From: Candidatus Hadarchaeales archaeon
GTDB lineage: Archaea; Hadarchaeota; Hadarchaeia; Hadarchaeales; JAWBSP01
Direction: 5' to 3'
Length of the DNA stretch: 21,091 bases
Assembly: GCA_038842485.1 (NCBI GenBank)
Contig: JAWBSP010000018.1
Span: 1 to 21,091, forward strand
Of this stretch, positions 15,327-21,091 are shown piece after piece. Both the position numbers and the translations under genes were made by a program. The notes beneath the pieces are model-generated. The model was not told the DNA's origin and made no database searches. It saw only the letters and a list, made by a program, of their open reading frames with translations. Every line of letters starts with the position of its first letter. Position 1 is the first letter of the stretch.

Positions 15327-15693
15327 GCGGTTCCCCCTCTGGCTCGGAGTTTCGCTTGTTACCCTCACCCTGCTGGCATGCGCCTTCAGGCTGTATCTCA
15401 TCCTGAGGGGGAGGGCCGAGGAGTGGCGTCTCAGGCTGATGGCTCAGGAACTGGCAAGAACCCTTCTCCTAGTTTCACAAGTTGAGGGGGAGGTTGAGGT
15501 TCAGGTCCAGCTCCCCCGTCCCTTGGGTTTGGAGGTGACCCAGGGGAGCCCGGTCAGGGTTTCCCTCCTCTCCGAGAAAGCCGCTGGGGTGGCCCACGTC
15601 AGTCTCCCCCTGCCCGTCCAGACCGTCAACCTCCAGAACGTCTCCCGTGTCACCATCAGGAAGGATTCGGGCATGCTTCGGGTGGGCTCGTGA
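15313..15693 (+). CDS. Hypothetical protein, N-terminal TM helix (pilin-like operon)
   Basis: FPLWLGVSLVTLTLLACAF; host-like codons; overlaps both neighbours. Confidence 0.65.
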   Translation: MRLSERFPLWLGVSLVTLTLLACAFRLYLILRGRAEEWRLRLMAQELARTLLLVSQVEGEVEVQVQLPRPLGLEVTQGSPVRVSLLSEKAAGVAHVSLPLPVQTVNLQNVSRVTIRKDSGMLRVGS

Positions 15694-16004
15694 AGGACCT
15701 GCTGGCCTCGGCCTTCTGCTGCGTCCTCTTCCTCTGGTTCGCTCTCTCCGTGGTGCAGTTCCAGCTCTGGTGGGAGGGGGCGACTAGGGACCGATTGGAG
15801 GCGGATTTTTCCGAGAGGGTTGGCGAGCTCTACAATCATCACCCGGAAACCTTCCCGCAGCTCTGCGACCGGCTGGGTGCGTCGGCCGCAATCTGGGGGG
15901 ATGGCGGGCAGCTGTGGAGGCACGGGGTCCTGGAAAGGTGTTCGGTCCGACTTCCCGTATGCTTCGAGAACAGGCTGGCGGAGGTGAGGGTATGGACAGG
16001 CTGA
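15690..16004 (+). CDS. Hypothetical protein, N-terminal TM helix (pilin-like operon)
   Basis: GTGA start/stop overlap; LLASAFCCVLFLWFALSVV. Confidence 0.65.
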   Translation: MKDLLASAFCCVLFLWFALSVVQFQLWWEGATRDRLEADFSERVGELYNHHPETFPQLCDRLGASAAIWGDGGQLWRHGVLERCSVRLPVCFENRLAEVRVWTG

Positions 16005-16441
16005 TCGATGTGGTTCTCTTCTCCACCTGCCTCGCTCTCTGCCTGCTTCTCCTGCTCCCCTCGCGCCCTCCCTCCAATCCCCCAAACTCTCTGGCTAGGA
16101 GCACCCTGCTTACCCTGCTGGAGGCTCGGCCCAAGAATTTCCACTACGCGCTCGGCACCCAAGACAGGGGGCTGAGGTTCAAAAGCTACGGCCAGCTTCT
16201 CGTCGAGTTCGCGGTGCTCGGTTCCCCGCCTCAATTTGGGGAGGAACTGAGGGCGGAGCTCAGGAACACCCTGGATGGGCTGCTTCCCTTTGGCTACAGG
16301 CTCAGCCTTGAGTCGGGATCCGTGCTTCTCGAGGTCGGAAACCGTGAGAACGGGAGGAGGCTGGTCCGGGAGTCGGTTCCCCTCCTCCTTCCCTCCGTCC
16401 CCCCCTCCGAGGTTGAGCTGGTTTTAGAGCTGTTTGCATGA
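15992..16441 (+). CDS. Hypothetical protein, N-terminal TM helix (pilin-like operon)
   Basis: SD GGAGGTGA precedes ATG 15992; MDRLIDVVLFSTCLALCLLLLL. Confidence 0.68.
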   Translation: MDRLIDVVLFSTCLALCLLLLLPSRPPSNPPNSLARSTLLTLLEARPKNFHYALGTQDRGLRFKSYGQLLVEFAVLGSPPQFGEELRAELRNTLDGLLPFGYRLSLESGSVLLEVGNRENGRRLVRESVPLLLPSVPPSEVELVLELFA

Positions 16442-17970
16442 GCGCCTACACGGCCGTGGGGGTTGTCCTCCTCCTGCTGGTTGCAAGTGCCGCTCCCGCC
16501 CTGAGGGAGACCCAGCATCTCGCGGTGGAGATGGGCATGCAGCAAGAGGAGCTCCTACGGCTTTCCGCCAGGGCGAGGGCGGCCGAGGAGGGTCTCTCCA
16601 ACCTCCTGAGGCAGGCGGTGTACCTCGCCCTCCGAGAGGTTTGCGGGAGGGCGGACGCGTACTCTTCCGACTGGCGGAGGGAGAGGGCGGTTGAGAGTTT
16701 GGCTTGCGAGCATCTCCGAGAGACCTGCCGCTGGTTGCCTCTGGTCACCGGGGGTGAGCTCCTCGCCGAGCCCAAGGTGGTGCGGATCTCGCCCGCCGAT
16801 AACGGCTTTGTTTGGGCGACCTGCGAACTCGAGGGCCTGATCCTGGAAGAGGGCCCCACGGCAAGGTTGAGACGCTCTCTGGAGAGGGTGGAAACTCTGG
16901 TGGATTGCAGGTTTTTCCTGTTGCAGGAGCGCATGAACGAGTTTCTCAGGAGGCTTGACGACCTTCACGACAGATGGAGGAACTGGGAGTACCTGCAGGC
17001 TTGGGGCGAGGCCGTGCTGGGGAGGGTTTGGCTGTCAAAGGGGAGGACGGAAACCCTGTTAAAGGCTGCTTGGGCCCAGCAGGAAATCGAGGTTTTCGGT
17101 TCTTGCTCCCCCCTCCTCCCCCCCGTGCTTCCTTCCCTTCAACTTCCAAGCGTCCAGCCCGCGGAGGAGGCCCTGGGTCGCCTGATCGAGAGGCTGGGCT
17201 CGCCCCTGCCGCTTCCGGAGAAGATTGAGGAGGCGGAGCAGGGGCTGGAGGAGGTTAAGCGGCTCTTCCCGGACCGGGAGGAGATGCTGCGGGCGGCGGC
17301 GTCGAGGCTCGAGGGGGCGCTTTCGCGAATTGAGAACAGGTTTCGGGAGGCTAGAGTTGAGCTGGAGGCCGGGAGGGAGAAGGAGGCCGAACGGATCATC
17401 GCACGGCTGCTGGAGGAGGGAGAGAGCGAACTGGAGAAATGCTGGGTTCTCGGGAAGGGCGGGCTGGAGAGGGTGGAGAGGGAGGTCCCCAAGCTTGACG
17501 ATCCAACCCTCCCGGCGCTGAAGAGATTTCTGGAAGGGGTTCGGGAGGAACTCGGGCTCTTCGGGTGCGGGGAGCTCCCGAGCCTTCCCCACACGGCGGA
17601 GTGGTCGGAGGTCTCGTTGCCCAAGCCGCTCGGTCCACCCGGGCTTTCAGTGCTTAGGGAGCTGGAGGTGGCGAAGGTCTCCTTCCGAAGGGAGGATCCG
17701 CTAGGCCTTTGCGGGTGTGAGGATGCCACCCCCATCTACCTTTGGTTCATTGGCCTGACGGTGTGGTGGGGGCAGTGGAGTGTAACTGTTGAGCTCAAGG
17801 AGAGGCCGCTCGAAAAAATCTTCGATTACGAGAACCCCGCCATCCCTCTTCAGCTACCTCTCCCGGCCCACTACTCGCTCCAATATCTCTACAGGGTTCC
17901 TAAGGAGAGTTTTAGCACGAGAGTCGTAGTTTTGTTCCCCAGACCTTTTAAGGTTACGATTTCAGGATGA
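16438..17970 (+). CDS. Hypothetical 510-aa membrane-anchored protein with a central helical/coiled-coil region
   Basis: ATGA overlap; AVGVVLLLLVASAAP N-terminus; long E/R/L-rich helical middle; beta-rich C-terminus. Confidence 0.78.
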   Translation: MSAYTAVGVVLLLLVASAAPALRETQHLAVEMGMQQEELLRLSARARAAEEGLSNLLRQAVYLALREVCGRADAYSSDWRRERAVESLACEHLRETCRWLPLVTGGELLAEPKVVRISPADNGFVWATCELEGLILEEGPTARLRRSLERVETLVDCRFFLLQERMNEFLRRLDDLHDRWRNWEYLQAWGEAVLGRVWLSKGRTETLLKAAWAQQEIEVFGSCSPLLPPVLPSLQLPSVQPAEEALGRLIERLGSPLPLPEKIEEAEQGLEEVKRLFPDREEMLRAAASRLEGALSRIENRFREARVELEAGREKEAERIIARLLEEGESELEKCWVLGKGGLERVEREVPKLDDPTLPALKRFLEGVREELGLFGCGELPSLPHTAEWSEVSLPKPLGPPGLSVLRELEVAKVSFRREDPLGLCGCEDATPIYLWFIGLTVWWGQWSVTVELKERPLEKIFDYENPAIPLQLPLPAHYSLQYLYRVPKESFSTRVVVLFPRPFKVTISG

Positions 17971-17984
17971 GCATGTAGAGCGGA

Positions 17985-18006
17985 AAACTACGTACCTACG
18001 TAGTTT
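17985..18006. repeat. Inverted repeat in a convergent intergenic region
   Basis: AAACTACGTA-CC-TACGTAGTTT (perfect 10-bp arms), 14 nt after the stop at 17970. Confidence 0.65.
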
Positions 18007-18119
18007 CTGTAATCCACCGCTCTGAAGACGCGGAGTTTCTGAACTTTGAATTTGCGGAGTAAGGCTCTTCTTGGGCGATACTTCTGGGGGAGCGGAGTCC
18101 GCAGCGCTAGGAAGTTTTT

Positions 18120-18443
18120 TCATTTCAATCGCCCACATCCGGCTTGATTCGCAAGTTTCTGCTTGAGGAGCTCCAACCTGAGCGAGATACCGTCCAGCTT
18201 GGGAGCGAGCTTTTGCTCGAGCTCGGCGAGCAGGTTTTTCACCACCTCGGAAACCTCTCTGGCCACGTGGGTGGAGAGGGGCTGGATCCCCGAGTCTTGG
18301 AACTCCTCCCTCAGGCGCTCCAGCAGGAGCTCGACCTCCTCCGGTGGCAGGCCCGTTGCCACAAAGACATCATAGATCTCCTCATCACCCCACCCCAGCC
18401 TGATCATGGCACGCATCACATCCGAAACCGCCACTCCCTTCAT
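18120..18443 (-). CDS. Small hypothetical helical protein
   Basis: MKGVAVSDVMRAMIRLGWGDEEIYDVFVATGLPPEEVELLLERL followed by a coiled-coil-like tail; host-like codons; divergent from the Hef helicase gene. Confidence 0.65.
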   Translation of the reverse strand: MKGVAVSDVMRAMIRLGWGDEEIYDVFVATGLPPEEVELLLERLREEFQDSGIQPLSTHVAREVSEVVKNLLAELEQKLAPKLDGISLRLELLKQKLANQAGCGRLK

Positions 18444-18489
18444 CAGGGGGTTTGCCCTCCGCTCCTTCTTAAAGCGGAAACAACAATTG

Positions 18490-20037
18490 ATGGAGTACGC
18501 CACCCACCCCCTCCTCAAGCCCAACACCCTTGAGCTCAGGGAATATCAGGTCCGAATCCTTCCGAGCATCCTCGAGAGGAACTCCCTCGTCATCCTCCCC
18601 ACCGGGATGGGGAAAACCTTCCTGGCCATCATGGCCACCTGCTGCAGGCTTCAAAAATTTCCGGGTAGCAGGGTTCTCGTCATGGCCCCCACCAGACCCC
18701 TCGTCGTCCAGCACTATCACACCTTCAAAAGGTGCCTCAACCTCCCAGAGCAGGACTTTGCGCTCCTGACCGGGGAGACCGCCCCCTGCGAGAGGGAAAA
18801 GCTCTGGGAGAAAGGGAGGATCCTGTTCGCCACCCCACAGGTGGTTGAAAGGGACCTTCTTGCCGGGAGGTTCAACCTTCGGGACTTCTCGCTCTTGGTT
18901 TTCGACGAGGCTCACAGGGCGGTTGGCGACTACCCGTACGTTTTCATTGCGGCCCAGTACATGAAGAGCTCGAGGGACCCGCTGGTGCTAGGCCTCACCG
19001 CCTCACCGGGAGGGGAGAGGGAAAGGATCGAGGAGGTCAAGAGGAACCTTTTCATCCAGTCCGTGCAGATAAGGAGCGAGCACGATAGGGATGTCAGTCC
19101 CTACCTCATGCCCGTGAAGATCGAGTGGAGGAGGGTGGAGCTCCCGGAGTACTTCTCAACCCTTCGGGGCCTCCTGCAGGGGCGTCTGAAGGAGCACCTC
19201 TCCCTCCTGAAGCAGGCTGGCCTCCTCCCGAGCACTCAGGACGTCACGAAACGGGAGCTGCTGAAGGTGCAGGAGCAACTGCTCGCCCGGCAGAGGGAGG
19301 GGGAAAATGTCTCCGCGCAGCTTCTGTCCCAGGCGATCTGCATGAAGCTGCTCCACGCGCTCGAGCTGCTTGAAACGCAGGGGGTCTACGCTCTCAGGGA
19401 AGCCCTGGTCCGCCTTCAGGTGAAGGGCGGCCAGCCCGGGTCCAGCAAGTCGGACAGGATCCTATCCCGCGACCGCGACATCCAGACCGCCCTCGCTCTT
19501 TGCAGGAGTGTGGAGGAGAGGGGTTTCCCCGATCACCCGAAGCTTACCGAGTGCCTGGAGTGCGTGAGGGAGCAGCTCTCGGCGAATCCAGAGTCTCGAA
19601 TACTGATTTTCGCCAACTACAGGGACACGGCCGAGAGGCTGGTTGCGCTTCTGAGGGCGGAGGGGATAAGGGCCGAGAAGCTGCTGGGGCAGGCTGAGAG
19701 GGGCGGGAGTTCGGGCATGTCCCAGGCGGAGCAACTCAGGGTCATCGAGCAGCTGAAGCGCAGGGAGATCAGCGCCCTGGTTTCAACCGCCGTGGGGGAG
19801 GAGGGGCTGGATATCCCCGATGTGGAGCTGGTGATTTTCTACGAGGCAGTTCCCAGCGAGATAAGGTCGATCCAGCGGAGGGGGAGGACCGGGAGGACGA
19901 GGCCGGGGAGGGTGGTGGTTTTGCTCGCCAAGGGAACCAGGGATGAGGCCTATTACTGGTCGGCGGTGAGGAGGGAGAGGGAGATGAGGAAGGTTCTGCG
20001 GCAGAGAACACTCGGGGAGTTTGCATGCAGAAGCTGA
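18490..20037 (+). CDS. hef: Hef/FANCM/Mph1-like SF2 DEAH helicase (helicase part only)
   Basis: LPTGMGKT, APTRPLVVQH, FDEAHRAVGDYPY, GLTASPG, HPKL, EEGLDIP and IQRRGRTGR motifs. ATG 18490 (MEYATHPLLKPNTLELREYQ). Confidence 0.92.
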   Translation: MEYATHPLLKPNTLELREYQVRILPSILERNSLVILPTGMGKTFLAIMATCCRLQKFPGSRVLVMAPTRPLVVQHYHTFKRCLNLPEQDFALLTGETAPCEREKLWEKGRILFATPQVVERDLLAGRFNLRDFSLLVFDEAHRAVGDYPYVFIAAQYMKSSRDPLVLGLTASPGGERERIEEVKRNLFIQSVQIRSEHDRDVSPYLMPVKIEWRRVELPEYFSTLRGLLQGRLKEHLSLLKQAGLLPSTQDVTKRELLKVQEQLLARQREGENVSAQLLSQAICMKLLHALELLETQGVYALREALVRLQVKGGQPGSSKSDRILSRDRDIQTALALCRSVEERGFPDHPKLTECLECVREQLSANPESRILIFANYRDTAERLVALLRAEGIRAEKLLGQAERGGSSGMSQAEQLRVIEQLKRREISALVSTAVGEEGLDIPDVELVIFYEAVPSEIRSIQRRGRTGRTRPGRVVVLLAKGTRDEAYYWSAVRREREMRKVLRQRTLGEFACRS

Positions 20038-20693
20038 GGATCATAGCGGACCACAGGGAGGTTCCTTCCGGTGTGGTGAAGCGGCTTTTCGAGGCGGGGG
20101 TCGAGGTGGAAACGAGGCAGCTGGAGGTGGGCGACTACATCGTCAGCGCGGAGGTGGGGGTGGAGAGGAAGAGCACGAGGGATTTTGTCCAGTCCATCCT
20201 CGACCGCAGGCTGCTGGAGCAGGCGAGGCTCCTGAAGGAAAGCTTCCCCAGCCCTCTGCTAATTGTGGAGGGGGAGGACCTGTACACGGTGAGGGGCGTG
20301 CACCCGAACGCCATCAGGGGGGCGCTGCTGGCGCTGGCGGTGGATTTCGGGATACCCATCCTCTGGAGCAGGGATGAGTCCGAGACCGCCTCCTTCTTGC
20401 ACCTCCTGGCCAAGAGGGAGCAGGTGGAGAGGGGGAGACCCGTGGCGGTGAGGGGGGAGAGAAAGGGGCTGACGCTGGAGGAGAGGCAGAGGTTCGTGGT
20501 GGAGGGTCTGCCGGGGATTTCCGCCGTTCTGGCTAGGAGGCTGCTGGAGCACTTTGGGACGGTGGAGAGGGTGATGACGGCCTCCGAGAAGGAGCTCCAG
20601 CAGGTTCACGGAATAGGTCCGGAAAAGGCTAAAGAGATCAGGGAGGTCCTGGCTTCACCCTATCCCGGCGGGCAGACTAGACTGGAGACCTAG
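20025..20693 (+). CDS. xpf: XPF/ERCC4 structure-specific endonuclease with (HhH)2 domain
   Basis: IIADHRE, LEVGDY, VERKSTRDF (ERKxxxD), LIVEG, LPGIS and VHGIGPEKA motifs. GGGGAG upstream of the ATG. Confidence 0.93.
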   Translation: MQKLRIIADHREVPSGVVKRLFEAGVEVETRQLEVGDYIVSAEVGVERKSTRDFVQSILDRRLLEQARLLKESFPSPLLIVEGEDLYTVRGVHPNAIRGALLALAVDFGIPILWSRDESETASFLHLLAKREQVERGRPVAVRGERKGLTLEERQRFVVEGLPGISAVLARRLLEHFGTVERVMTASEKELQQVHGIGPEKAKEIREVLASPYPGGQTRLET

Positions 20694-21091
20694 AGCTTCC
20701 AGTACCTGCCCAGCTGGGCCTTCACCTCCCGCAGCACGGGGGGACTTCTGGGTGCGGGCGTTTCAAACCTCTCCCCCAGCATGCACCTGAACACGTTGCA
20801 GGCACCCTCAGCGGTTCCCTTCAAGTCATAGCCCCCCTCCAGCACGAAAAGCGCCCTCCCCCTGTCCAGCACGCTCTGGGCCAGCCAGCCGAAGGACTCG
20901 GAGGAGAGGTTGAGGGAGGTGAGCGGGTCGTCCCGGTGCGCGTCGAACCCCATGGAGACCGCAATGAGCTCGGGTTTGAACTGATCGCAAAGCGGCTCGA
21001 AGATCTCCTTCACGGCGGCGGCGTACTCGGCGTCCCCGCTTCCCGGCGGAAGGGGCACGTTGACCGTGTAACCCTCCCCCTCTCCCTCCCC
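20690..21091 (-). CDS. Histone deacetylase-family (AcuC/AphA-like) amidohydrolase, 5'-truncated
   Basis: GEGEGYTVNVPLPPGSGD, FKPELIAVSMGFDAHRDDPL and VLEGGY motifs; the frame is open to the window edge. Confidence 0.92.
   Translation of the reverse strand, partial: GEGEGEGYTVNVPLPPGSGDAEYAAAVKEIFEPLCDQFKPELIAVSMGFDAHRDDPLTSLNLSSESFGWLAQSVLDRGRALFVLEGGYDLKGTAEGACNVFRCMLGERFETPAPRSPPVLREVKAQLGRYWKL

Overview
Archaeal chromosomal segment with GC-rich, AGG-rich coding regions. The archaeal call rests on the DKFP-type aroA'/aroB' genes, the Hef/XPF genes and a tRNA-His lacking encoded CCA; the lineage cannot be fixed from this window. From left to right: 3' end of a GH63/MGH1-like glycoside hydrolase; an AlbA_2(Schlafen-like)-HATPase-wHTH protein; a probable decayed IS200/IS605 tnpB; family-4 uracil-DNA glycosylase; TauE/SafE exporter; an RDD-glycoside hydrolase fusion; an aroA'-aroB'-aroD-aroE-tyrA-pheA operon; an archaeal ATPase/nuclease pseudogene; a GH42-like large protein; tRNA-His(GTG); a small GIY-YIG nuclease; a six-gene pilin-like membrane operon; a small hypothetical gene; a Hef split into helicase and XPF genes; and the 3' part of an HDAC-family gene. 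The most unusual content is non-coding. There are two cas-less arrays of 16-bp palindromes with non-identical 27-51 nt spacers: TGTAACACGTGTTACA x5 at 3481-3727, and TGTTACYATAGTAACA x7 at 11709-12067 plus one lone copy at 14153. The two repeats use the same GTGTTAC half-site in opposite arrangements. There is also an 11-bp-phased GTTKCA cluster at 269-559 and several other intergenic palindromes. No database searches were run, so protein calls rest on motif recognition.
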